Source: Girardia tigrina
Taxonomy: Eukaryota
Reading direction: 5' to 3'
DNA: 64,000 nucleotides
Assembly (NCBI GenBank): GCA_001938485.1
Contig: MQRK01195884.1
Location: 26,949-90,948, forward strand
Part shown: positions 13,400 through 25,306 of the stretch, piece by piece
Position numbering within the stretch: the stretch's first letter is position 1
Layout: each line of letters starts with the position of its first letter
Made by a program: the position numbers and the translations under genes
Notes under the pieces: generated by a model
What the model was told of the DNA's origin: nothing
Seen by the model: only the letters and a program-made list of their open reading frames with translations
The model's database searches: none

Positions 13400-13690
13400 T
13401 AACCCGACAAATGCGCTAAAAGTGGTTTGCATACATGTTTTTGAACATTTATTATTAATTCGTTAATGCTAAGAAATATATAATGTCAATATCAATCTTA
13501 GTGCCAATATTAATTTAATATAATGGACCAAAAGATTAAAAAACACAAATTTATTATCAATTAAACAATTGTATAAAAGAGATAATCTAAATGTCAATAT
13601 TAAGAGCTATATTTTTAGCAATAACGAATTAATAATAAAAAAATTTCAAAAACATGTTTGCAATCCCCCTTTAGCGCATTTGTCGGGTCA
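13400..13690. mobile_element. MITE with about 45-bp TIRs, superfamily unclear
   Basis: acccgacaaatgcgctaaaag...catgtttttgaa is inverted relative to ttcaaaaacatg...tttagcgcatttgtcgggt. Confidence 0.7.
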
Positions 13691-13744
13691 CTTTTATTTA
13701 GATATTTTGTATAAAGTGCCAAAAATTTTAATTCCTTTTATTAA

Positions 13745-13969
13745 CCCTTTCCAGCCCATTGTTGTCATATGGCAACATATTTGAAAAATTAAATTACAGT
13801 TATCTCTTTTACCCAATTTAAATTTTACACATAGTAATAGTTTCTAAAAAGTCTAATAGATGACACTACATATATTAGAATGCAAAAAAGCGCGATTCTC
13901 ACTTGTTTCTAGAAACAAAACAACAATAAAAATTTTTTTTTCAAAAATAATAATTTGGACTGGAAAGGG
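13745..13969. mobile_element. piggyBac-type MITE
   Basis: TTAA|ccctttccag ... ctggaaaggg|TTAA. Confidence 0.85.
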
Positions 13970-15000
13970 TTAAGAAATTTTCAAATCAATGAGATATTTT
14001 GTGTTTTTGGATATGCGTATATTTGCCAACATCTGCTTGCGCAAAAATTTTAATTAACAAATAAAACGTTACCGATGATGAAAATTCAAAAAAGAAGAAA
14101 AAAACTTGGAAAATAATTGTAAAAGAACGAATTGTCGACATTAAAAATGAAATTGTTATGTGAAAATTGTATAATGTGGAAAAGAGACAAATTGTAAAAA
14201 ATGTGATTTGTTTTATTCAATGAAAATAAGTGAAGTGAAATATTGTGAATGTAAATATTGAATTGAAAATAAATGGCGTTCGAATGGAATTTATGTGTTT
14301 TTTATGAAAATGACAGTTTGATTGAAAAGAAATCGGGAATAAAAGAAGAATTAGTAAATACAGAGATAGAATTTTCGTCACGGATGGGACCAATAGAAGT
14401 TCAACGAGGCGGACGTCGATGGCATGATGATGATGATGAGCAAAAGGATAATGCTGAGGAGATGCGTCGACCGCGGAACGTTTGGGCGAGTCTGATCACC
14501 AGTGACAGAATATACAATCAATACCCCGGCCCCAGGATCGGCCACCGTCTCTAAAGTGCGGTAGCCACGATTCCACTGGGCACGCTCTGTTATCATCTCC
14601 TTTCTTATCCTTTCTACTTTGCACTGTTGTGGTAATCTAATGCTTTCTTGTATGTAATACTGTTTCAAATGAGCTGAAATTTGTTATTTCAATATTATCA
14701 AACAAGTTGTTCAAACGTAGGAAACCGAGAGATTATATTTCATAGAGCTAGTCCGAATAAGAGACAGTATTTTGAGTTCCAAAATCTATGGACAATGATA
14801 CGAATAATCATGCGATCAACATTTTTTTTGCTTCGTTAATTAAATTTCAGAGAGATCTCTAAGTAATAAAAATTTTTAAAAATTGTAAATTGACAACCAA
14901 AATTGTACTATTATTCTTTATTAATCTAAATTAATCATTAAGATTTGATAGCAAAAATTTTTTTCGAATCAATCGGTATAATCATGTCATATTCGTACTA

Positions 15001-15377
15001 GGAGTCGACCAATCTGTCTAAAAACGAATTGGTCTAAAGACAAATTGGTCTAAAAATGTCTAAAACAAAACAATCAACATAACAATAAGTAAAATAAAAA
15101 TGTAAAAAAATTCGACCAAGAATAAACTGTATTAAACCGGAATTCGGTAATAATAAAGTAGAGACACTCAATTACAAATGACTGAATAGTTTTCAATGGT
15201 CTCTTTTTGATAATTTAGTTACATTTTATTTTTGTTATGTTTGAACATAAATATTAAGATTTAGTAAAATCATTAATTCATAATTAATGCAAACGATAAT
15301 AGTTTTAATTTCACTTATTGTTATGTTGATTGCTTTGTTTTAGACCAATTTGTTTTTAGACCAATTGACCTAAAGCC
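15001..15377. mobile_element. MULE-type MITE
   Basis: Perfect 10-bp TSD attcgtacta (14991-15000 and 15378-15387), GG...CC ends, and inverted subterminal aattggtctaaa repeats. Confidence 0.85.
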
Positions 15378-16065
15378 ATTCGTACTAGATTGGATTTAGT
15401 AATGATCGAATAAGCAACAGTAGTGACTTTGATTGTCCTTTATCAAATTAAAATTCAATTTTTGTATAATTATCACTTTAAGAAAAGCTCATTTTAAAAA
15501 TAAATTTATCATTTTAACATTTTAATCTTTTCTATAACAATCGATAACTGAAGTACGGAAGCCTGGACCCCCAGAAACAGAAACTCGAGCAAATACCTTT
15601 GCTGCTTCTTGTTGCAGTATTAACATATAAGTTTAGAAATAAGAAGTTCAAACTGTGTAAGCAAGTCAATGAATACATGAATTACACGCAGCTAATGAAA
15701 TGAACATATAACTGAATGTAAAGGACACACTGACCAATATGACGAATAATACTGATATAATGTTACCAAGTTATTAATGGACATCACTCTGAATTCACCA
15801 TCACCGTATTTACTGGCGCTTTATTCTTACACGAAAGATTTGTGATCACGCTAGCCATACGTTCCAGCAAATATGATGATGAACTCTATTGAAAACGTTT
15901 AATGAAGTTCAAAATCTAAATTGATAATTCTGAATATCTTTTGGTCAATTTGAATTTTTTGTGATCATCTTTTATTAAACATATTAGTTCTACATGTAAT
16001 AGTAAAGATTCTTTTTTGTTTGCGTTCTAAAATGCCTCATAATAAAATATTTAGTATTTATTTTA

Positions 16066-16523
16066 CAGGATTATTAATAATTATATCCACTTTATTAATA
16101 ATTATATCCACTTTATTAAAAATTATAATATTTTTAGATATATAGTATTAATTATTTTTTGTTTCAAAAATATATGCTTTTAAGCCATACTTCTAATATT
16201 TTTCACTAGTTTTTAGTAAAAGTCTCTTTATTTTTCACTAGTTTTTAGTAAAAGTCTCTTATGTACGATATACCATACAAAATTTTACAAGTATATTAAA
16301 ATAGAAACAAAAAAGTCATTTAAGATTTTATTTAAAATTGCTCTCCATTGTATACTTTTCTGACAAATTCGTGTCGTACATAAGAGACTTTTACTAAAAA
16401 CTAGTGAAAAATATTAGAAGTATGGCTTAAAAGCATATATTTTTGAAACAAAAATGAATTAATACTATATATCTAAATATATTATAATTTTTAATAAAGT
16501 GGATATAATTATTAATAACCCTG
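16066..16523. mobile_element. Long-TIR palindromic Tc1/mariner-type MITE
   Basis: TA|cagg ... cctg|TA, with arms of roughly 150-200 bp. The left arm has two short tandem duplications. Confidence 0.85.
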
Positions 16524-17427
16524 TAAGAACATCCTAAATCTTATTAAAATCACAATGAAGAGGTTTCTGATTGTGAAAACATATTTATCCGCCACAGTTT
16601 TCTATTGAAAACACATTCGAAAATGGGCTGAATGGATTTGTCTTGAGTTTTGTTTGTGGAAGAGAACAATTCATTTTCTGGTTAAATAATTTCATTAAAT
16701 TGCAGTGAAATTGAAGTTGTTTTTAATTATCCCGCTACGAATCTTAGACTTGTTCGTTGTTTAGGGCAAAATAATATTTCTTATACTTCAATTGAATAGA
16801 TGTAAAAATAAGTTTGATTGCATTATTATAACTGCGATGGTTGCCTGTGAATGATGTATTATATGATGAAATGTATGGTGCTGAGTATGTTGTCTCTCCC
16901 AAAAATAATTGCCAACCATTAACTAATTAAAATTAAATAACAAAAAAAATTCGATTATAATTAACAAAAATCGAATTAATTTAGAAAATATGAAATTATA
17001 TTAAATTAAATAATTTGTTTTAATATCGTAGTTTTGGCAGTTATTTTAAAATTTATTGTCACGATGCAGAAGAAAACTACCAAATTCTTTATATTAAATA
17101 AATCTTTTGGAAATTGTATTCCGTCTAATTCTAACAATAACATTTTGAATTAATCGTTCCATCGCTCCCTCAGTGGTCGGTACCGTCTACTTGTGCTCTA
17201 TACCTGCTCTAGATTGTAATCTGAAGTCTGAATCTATTAACTCTGATAATACAAGACCTTCAGCAAAAGCATATAATTAAACAATAAACACTCTCGGCAA
17301 TAGATTCAGGCCTACTAAATGTAAGAAAGATTGTACTGAATATTTAATATTATCAGAGTTCAGGTGTTTATGATTTCAAATAACATTCTAACCAGAGTTC
17401 ACCATACATATTTGGTTTGATATGATA

Positions 17428-17665
17428 TCAGGTTGAGGAATAAGTTCCCGTCGTTTTTTGAATTTTTAATCAATTTAATATTTGAATCAAATTTTTTGAT
17501 TTGGGCGATTTCTACCAAAGAGGCGTTGAAAAACTCGTTGAACTTTGGGAAGAAGTCATGAACAATGGCGGAGATTATATTTGTGATTAATTTGTAGTAA
17601 CTTTTTCGTTAAAAAATAAAATTTTAATTTTTCAAAAAACGGCGGGAACTTATTCCTCAACGCAA
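17428..17665. mobile_element. mariner-type MITE
   Basis: TIR gttgaggaataagttcccgycgttttttgaa at both ends; TA TSDs. Confidence 0.85.
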
Positions 17666-18347
17666 TACATATATCTATTGTAAAGACAATTATTTACGTT
17701 CAAGAATAAAAGTTAACAAAAATCGACTTTCAATATACATATAATTTAATAAATAATATAAACGATGTCCAGTGTTTTCATAAGTAAAAACTTGTTTTTG
17801 AATGCATTAAAGTATACATGGTTGTAAAAACATGGTCGCAGATATCCAGTACAATTATTTTTCACACGATTTTCCATGTGAACGAACGATTTTGTTTGAA
17901 GTGATCAAATTGCAATGGTGATTTTAGAGTTACTTATTTTGATCTTCTTGATTAGTTGTGAATATATCGTAGATAGAAAGAAAGATTTTGATGTAAAATC
18001 GATTGTCAATATTGTGATAATCTCCAAACTTTCAAATAATATTAAGCTCCATATATCATTTAAGAAGTTTTCAAAAGTTTCCATCGACAATCGGTTAGTT
18101 CTAAGACGAAATGACCGACGGACGCCGAGGTAAGCGTTTTCATGATTCCAAGGGTGAAGGAATACATAAAGAAAGACCAGAAAGACACAAGAAGGGGATG
18201 AAATAAAGTTGCCCCAGATTCTGAAGAGAGACATGTCAGTCATCTTAAGAGATAAAATGGAGTTCTCCGTCGACTCTGTCCAACAGAATAACAGTATAAA
18301 AATAAACAAGGCTTATAAACGGAAAAAAATAAGATTTTATGCCACTA

Positions 18348-19360
18348 TATAGGGTTTTTCGAGCTATTTCTTAATTTTTACTGGCATTTTCATAACAAAA
18401 ATTAAAAACATTTGCTTATAATTATTAATAACGTTTATCTGTCAATCAACATTTGTTTTAATTCATCAAATAAGTTGATATTTACTGACATCATCTAATC
18501 TAGCCCATGCAGAATAATGCAAGTTCAAATAATCATGAGACAAGCCAAGAAGCGCAAGACAATCAAAGAGTCAGGCCTCATCGAAAAAGTTGTGCAGGTG
18601 GTCCTACAAATGGTGAAAATTCTAATCAACGATAGAAATAGACAGAGGGCGCATGGTCGCCAAATCGCTAGAAGGATTTTCGGTTAGAGCGATATCTTCG
18701 ATGTATGAGAAGAATTTTCAATCGGTCAATAGCATAGTGAAAAAATACCTTGCCACAGGAAAGATTTAGCCGATAAAAAAGGTGGCAGTACGTGTTCCAA
18801 ATTATCTTATGGTATAAAAGAAAATCTGTTGAAATTTGTTGATCGAAATTGCTTGATCACTTTAAAGGAAATGAGAACGTGGATACAATCTACCTATTGG
18901 ATAAACGTATCAATAAACACATAGGATAGATCTTTAAGAGTTTCACTATACTCTAAAAGATGTCACATTGGTACCTAAACGAAGAAACTGCACTACAACA
19001 ATTGGACTCAAACAGTATATGCTTCCAACTTTCGAGCATTAGTAATTATTAATGATGATAAAAACTTTATATTTTGGACGAAGTTGGCTTTGCTGTTGTT
19101 ACTCGTACAAATCGAGGTAAAAGTCGACAAGGAGAATCCGCCTATTTGACTGTTCCGGTGGCTAGAAATCGTAATATTTCAGTACTCGCGGCAATGAACA
19201 AATAAAGTGTTTATATGTAAAAAATAAATTAAAAAATGTCGTTACTCCATTTTTACACAATGTTTTTTGTATTGATATATTTTATGAATGAGACATTTTG
19301 TGTTGAAATTTATTATTAAATTGCCCGCAAAAATTATGAAATAACTCGAAAAACCCTATA
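18348..19360 (+). mobile_element. Decayed, internally deleted IS630-Tc1-like transposon
   Basis: TIRs tatagggtttttcgag / ctcgaaaaaccctata; remnant LDEVGFAVVTRTNRGKSRQGESAYLTVPVARNRNISVLAAM. Confidence 0.8.
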
Positions 19361-19639
19361 AAAATAGTGTAAAAAACTTTTTCTATCGATTTACATGTGT
19401 TATATTCATTTTCAAATTAAAATAAAAGAAAACCGTATGAAAACTACAAATAAATTTTATTTATAATTACAAGAAATATCGATTTTACATTTTTTTAGTA
19501 ATTATATAGATATTTTTGTCAATATATTAACTGGTAAAAAAAGAAATTATAATCCCTCGAAAAAAATAATAAAATTTATTTTAATTAAAAAATTATAATT
19601 TTTAAAAATTATTTTCATAATACAAAAAACCGATTTTTT

Positions 19640-20500
19640 CCAATTTTTAAAAAACGTCTAAAAATCAATATTCAAAATTTTAATTATTTATTTAAAAGAA
19701 AAAAAGAAAAAGAGACAAAAAGAAGAAAACTTAAAAGAAACAGAAGATAAAAAAAACTAAGAATTAAAATATTTTAATATAATTAGAGGAATCACTTTGA
19801 ACATTTAAGCATGGTTTATAATGCTTAATTAACAATTGCTTCAGTGATTATCCTCTCCTTATAATTGTCAAAAATTTTACATAAAACACTAAATTCCTTA
19901 ACACTCCCTATATTTTCTCGATCCCTACAATTCAATATATGATTAAGAATGGAACTATTTCGACTCGATTGAGTATGTTCAGCAATTCTAGTTCGAAGAT
20001 GACGGTTTGTCTCTCCAATGTACAAGGCTTCGCACTTGTGACATTTAAACTGATATACTATATTTNCCTGCATACTCAATGGAGTTTTTGATTTATTAGA
20101 AAAGAAACCAGAAACTTTATTTGTTGTAAAAATTACCTTCAATTTAAAAATTGAAGGAGTTCTTTTCATTAATGAATTTTTGAAATCTTTTGCTCCCTTA
20201 GAAAATAGTATCTTTAAGGTGATGTTTAACAAATTCTCATTGTTATTTGGAACTTCGATTATGTTGTGACTTTTATTATTTAATTTCCTAAATATGGAGT
20301 CAATGGCATCTTTAATTAGCTTATTTACATAATTTTTATTGTAGCCATTCTTTTCTAATCTATTTTGAAGGTCGTTTAAACCATCGTCCACGTTCCCATA
20401 TGAGGAAGATAAATTCCATACTCTATGCACTAGTCCACTAGTAAATAATGATAATAAAAAAGCCTTAAATTGAGTAGTATTGCGTAACAGTCTACCGCTA
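19640..20500 (-). mobile_element. Penelope-like element, 5'-truncated (RT thumb plus GIY-YIG)
   Basis: ORF 19825-20430 has LEKNGYNKNYV and NIVYQFKCHKCEALYIGETNRHLRTRIAEH. Its 3' UTR recurs inverted at about 61720-61830. Confidence 0.88.
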
Positions 20501-20534
20501 TATAAAAAGGACTTAAATCTGAAATTTCAATTAG

Positions 20535-20571
20535 TCAACTGAAGATGCAAATACGGCGAAGCTAGTATTGA
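20535..20571 (+). ncRNA. Degenerate minimal hammerhead motif
   Basis: TCAA CTGAAGA T GC AAATACG GC GAAG CTAG TA TTGA; stem I is intact, but GAAA has changed to GAAG. Confidence 0.5.
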
Positions 20572-20619
20572 AAAATAAAAATAAATGTTTGGAAAAATGT
20601 CTATTTTTTGTTTTATTAA

Positions 20620-21300
20620 CCCGATTGCCATTGGAATTAATTGAAAAGGATTATTCTGAAGGATTTAGAGCGTTTAAGAAGAGTATTTGTAGAACAATAA
20701 GTAGTGCTAAAGTAGTCTCTGTCACATCCAAAGTTTCCTCTCAAACAAATCGAAAACAGTTTGTGATTTGNNNNNNNNNNNNNNNNNNNNNNNNNNNNNN
20801 NNNNNNNNNNNNNNNNNNNNNNNNNNNNNNNNNNNNNCGGATTAGCGAGCACTCGCAAATGAGTCGATCGAGTAAGGTTCTTGATCATTGGTTATGTTGT
20901 AAGGATAGAACCTCATCCATTTCAAAAGATGAATTTTCTGTTCTACAAAAGGGATTTGATTCACATTACGAACGACAGTTTTGTGAATCTCTACTTATAA
21001 GACACTACAACCCATCAATTAACATTCAGAATGGGCAAAGTAAGGTTATTTCAATACTTAAAATTTTTAATTAAAATATTTTTGCCATATTACCCAATAA
21101 TATTTTCATAAATAAAAATGTTTAATTTCTTCGTTACCTTTTAAAGTAAATTATATTTATTAAAATTGTGAAAAATTGTATTATTCAAACAATTCAATAT
21201 TCATTTACTAAACATCGAAACATGTCCAATAGTTGTATAAAAAAAGCTTTAATCAAATTATATTTTCGAAATACTAAACTTGCGTTCACAAGACTCAATA
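20620..21300 (+). mobile_element. Penelope-like element 3' fragment (same family as 8160-8750 and 10083-10286)
   Basis: RISEH...FDSHYERQFCESLLIRHYNPSINIQ. The pLTR lacks the first half of the hammerhead, and the fragment ends in (TA)n. Confidence 0.85.
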
Positions 21301-21307
21301 ATATATA

Positions 21308-21598
21308 TAATGCCGAATTCACGACCTCGGCAATTTTTTAAATTTTTTTATTCAATTATTAAATGGATTATTATTTAATATTAAAAAATGCTTTTAAAAT
21401 ACAAACGTTTGTAATTCATGTGACCACCATTGAAGAAGTTTAAATAACTGTGAATAAACTTTAACATTTGGAATCTATTTTGCATAATAAATTAAGATTT
21501 TTTTCATATTAAATACATAATCTTTCATTTTAAAACGAAAATTTATCATATAGTTAGTGAATTTAGCGAATATTGTCTAGTTCATAAATTCGGCATTA
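21308..21598. mobile_element. MITE
   Basis: TIRs taatgccgaattcacgacct / agttcataaattcggcatta, with TA-rich flanks. Confidence 0.75.
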
Positions 21599-21669
21599 TA
21601 TATTGATAAAATGAAATCCGGATGATAATTTTCTATGAAAAACAAAACTCTTCCATTAATAGATATATT

Positions 21670-22400
21670 TATTGACAATATATTACGATGGATCTACCGT
21701 CATCTTCAGGTCACTAATTAATAATCAATTCACCTGTATAAAAATACAAAAATGTTGATTATGTAATCGATTGCATGAAATCATGCTAATCAAAAATTCT
21801 CAATAAGCTGGTTGAGACTGCCGATTGGACATTGATTTTATGGCAACGTAACCTAATTAACAATGCTTCACACGACACTCTCACCCAATAACTGTCAAAA
21901 TGATCACAGAATCTTGAAATTATCAAAATTAACATCACATTTACATTTTTTCCTATGTTCTGCAATTTTACTCTTACTCTCTTTTCGACCATGTTCTTGA
22001 ATTCGTCTACAGTGATGACGGACAGTCTCTCCAATGTATGTGGCATCGCACCCATTACATTTATATTCATAAACAATATCAGAACACAGTGTTAAAGGTG
22101 TAATAGATTTATTACTGAACATATTTTGAATTTTATGAGATCGTGATATAATTTTCAAATTTAATTCATTGTTAGTTGCTTTTAACAATGCATTTTTAAA
22201 GTTTTTAAATCCTCCAGAATAAGGTACAATTAAACAATATTTCGGCATATTATTAATATCCAATGATCCTTCGATTTCTTTCTCAGATCAATCAGGAGAA
22301 GCCAAATTCTGATTTTCCGAAAAATCTTTCAAAAGTATTTTATCCACTGTTTCCTTTATTAATTTATCCGAGAACAGATTCAGAATGGCCATTCTGATTT
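21670..22400 (-). mobile_element. Penelope-like element 3' fragment with a degenerate hammerhead (21674-21712)
   Basis: VPYSGG...DIVYEYKCNGCDATYIGETVRHHCRRIQEH and YWVRVSCEALLI. Motif GAC CTGAAGA T GACGG TAGAT CCATC GTAA TATA TT GTC. Confidence 0.88.
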
Positions 22401-23327
22401 GTGATAATAATGACATTGCAGATTGACGCATCAGCACAATTGTCGCTGATGCTGCGTTAATACTCAAGTAACATTGAATTAAAATAATTTAATAATAAAA
22501 TTTTTTTTAATATTAATTTATTTCTAAAGATAATTATTTATTTTTCTAAATTTTCTAAAAATCGATTAATTGAAAACTTGATAAATTTTTAATTAAAAAA
22601 AATATATTGACTTTTGTTTTTTTTATTGAAAAATATGTTTAAAATGATCAAATAATAACTGGAAAAAAATAATTAAACAGCAAAAAATGTTGAATAACCG
22701 ATTTTTTTAGTGTGACATTGAAAGAAATCATTAAATTATTCTCAAATATTATCAAATAAAACGTGAAAATTAAATTAATTACTGAAATAACTTTCTTGAT
22801 AAAATGACTTGTTTTAACGTTCTAAGGCAACCGGAATCGAAATTCTTCTAATGTGCCGATAATAATAATATATTATTAATAATAATAACGTAGATTGTAG
22901 AATAAGCAGAATTTTGTTGTGCTAGCGTTAATAATAATGAAATTTATTTATCGATTTTTGAATTGATTTATTTAAATATTTATTACTATTTTTATTATTT
23001 AACTATTTAATTAATTATTAATTAATTAATTGATTTATTTAATTAATTATTTATTTGGTTAATAATTTATTTAATTAATTATTAATATATATATTTATTT
23101 TATTATTTATTTAATTATTTCAGTAAATAATTGATTTATTAATTAGAGGGAGGAACAAAATAATATCTCACTCGGAAAGAGAGGAAATAAATCAATTTTT
23201 ATTTATTAATTAATGATGAATTATATTTTTGTAGAGGGGGCAGATCGGAGGTCATTCCAGAAATTTAACAATCGATAATGCACGCAAGCGAACGCTCAAA
23301 CAATCGATCACAAAAATAGCGACTCAC

Positions 23328-23430
23328 CGGTGAACAGAACATCGCTGCCCGCAAGATTCGCGTTCTCCATATTGATCTCGACGATCTTCAGTCCCAGTTC
23401 CTTCTTGAGAGTCTGTCGAATCAAATTGAC
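23328..23430 (-). CDS. DDAH: DDAH-like gene, exon 2
   Basis: attcag acceptor; VNLIRQTLKKELGLKIVEINMENANLAGSDVLFT(G) aligns to human ENATLDGGDVLFTG; phase-1 donor G|gtgagt. Confidence 0.92.
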
Positions 23431-23475
23431 CTGAATGAATCGATTAATCGATTGATAAAATCGATAATTCGCTAC

Positions 23476-23739
23476 TTCTCCTTGTCGGTGCGCGCCATAC
23501 GGGCTGCACATGAGCGCGGTACCATTGAGAATCACCGCCGTGTCGTCCACCTTCACGCATTCCGGATGGCGCTCCTCGGGCTCGAGCTCCAACACGTCGA
23601 CACCGATTTCTCGGAGAATCTCAACGAAATTGAAATGTTGTTCGCGCGCTTTATTCAAATCGAAATTTGGATTTTTGTTGAATTGCACGAATGATGTCGG
23701 TAGACTACTGACGATCGCAAAAGCGTACTTAAATGCCAT
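23476..23739 (-). CDS. DDAH: DDAH-like (dimethylarginine dimethylaminohydrolase family) gene, exon 1 of 5
   Basis: MAFKYAFAIVSSLP...AREQH...HPECVKVDDTAV...RQGE matches the DDAH N-terminus (human LPDCVFVEDVAV). GT donor at 23475, followed by a 45-nt intron. Confidence 0.92.
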
Positions 23740-24719
23740 AATAATAATTTCCTACTATTTATAAATTAAACAGTGAATCAATTATTTTTACTAAATTGAT
23801 GTAATAAAACAAAAAGTGAGGATTGGATGTTAGGATGAATATATTATTGTAATTTTTTTATTGTTTGATAAGAATAATGGATTTTTTTCGTTTGTTTGTT
23901 ATGGGGTGGGGAATTAATTTCGGTAAATAATTTATTTTACAGGGGAACTTATTTCGAAAAATAATTAATTTCATTAAGGAAATTATTTTTTGTTTAGTAG
24001 GAGCAATGAATTGGTTTTTATTTGTGAAGGATGAGGAATTATTTCGATAAAGAATTAATTTCTTTAAATCACTTTTTTCGATAGATAATTAATTTCGCTA
24101 AAGATCTTTTTTTTTTCAATAAAGAATTAATTACGTTAGAGAACTTATTTTTTGTTTAGTAAGAGTAATTGATTGGTTTCGTTTATTTCTTTGGACTGAA
24201 GAAATATGTCGATATAGAATTAATTTTGTTAAAGAAGAAATTTATCTAGAGTTATTATTTCGACAAAGAATTAATTTCTTCAGGATTTAGAATTATTTAA
24301 AAAAATTTACTTTAGTGCAAATTTTCAGTAGACATTTTTAGTGAAATTAGTTTCGTAATTAGTTTGTTATTATATGATAAGTATTCGAAATGGTAAAGTA
24401 TTTCTTTGGGAATCAAAACTAATTTACCGTTTTCATTACTCTTCCATATAAGTAAGTATTAAATAGTTAATAGTAATTTTATAACAAGAAATTATTATCG
24501 ATAATAATTAATTGATATTTAAAATTTGATTTTTATAAGATCTATGTAGATTTGAACTAGATTTGATTTGATTTTTGATAATTTAATTTATTACTCTTTT
24601 ACAAGAAATTTAAGAAGTATTTAAGTCTCTTTGGAAATATTGTTACAAATTTTATTGTGTTAGATTAATATATAGTGTCTATTAACTTGATGACTGGATT
24701 GTAGTCTCGAAACAAATCG

Positions 24720-25306
24720 TCTTCTTTTATATCCTTTGGATATAAATGTTACATTTGAGGTACATATTCATTTCTTAAAAAATTGCCTTTCAGTTAAAAT
24801 TAAATGTATAATACGTGTTTAGGAATAATCAATATTAAAATTACAGAATACGTATCGGGAGCTGTTTGATGGAATTGTAGAAAAATGCAAATTAATTAGA
24901 CATCCTGTAGATCCATTGTCCATAATTACAGATTTTGAAATTACAACGATGAATGCTGCTAAGGTATGTTTTGAAGATCATATTGCAACTCGTGGATGTT
25001 TTTTGCATCTTGCCCAAAGTACATGAAGGAAGATTCAGGAGCTAAGACTGACAAGCTCTTATAACCATGATGATAAATATTAGAGTTTTTTGTGGTATGA
25101 TGGATAGATTGGCCTTCTTGCCACTTGACGATGTAAAAGAAGGAATGAAGAGTTTACGTTTCATTAATCCACCAAATGAACAAAAATTAATATCATGATT
25201 TGATGTAGCATATGCTACAGGTACATATCGCAGACTGAATGCTTCCGAAACAGCGGCGAAACATCGTAACATTCCTCCACAATTTCAGCTTCCCATTTGG
25301 AATGTT
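24720..25306 (+). pseudogene. MULE (Mutator) transposase remnant, 5' half
   Basis: ITDFEITTMNAAKVCF...RGCFLHLAQS...LAFLPLDDV...PPQFQLPIWNV; interrupted at W-N-V. Confidence 0.85.

Noticed and set aside
15010-15370. CRISPR-like repeats (aattggtctaaa)
   Set aside because: Subterminal repeats of a MITE in a eukaryotic genome, with no spacers or cas genes.
17880-18309. 134-aa minus-strand ORF
   Set aside because: No recognisable domain or splice support; probably a repeat fragment.
23452-23764. Plus-strand ORFs overlapping DDAH exon 1
   Set aside because: Antisense shadows of a GC-richer exon, with no motifs.
24684-24723. Further hammerhead-like motifs (also 9629-9663 and 55821-55865)
   Set aside because: Multiple core substitutions and no convincing stem I or III; at best old relics.
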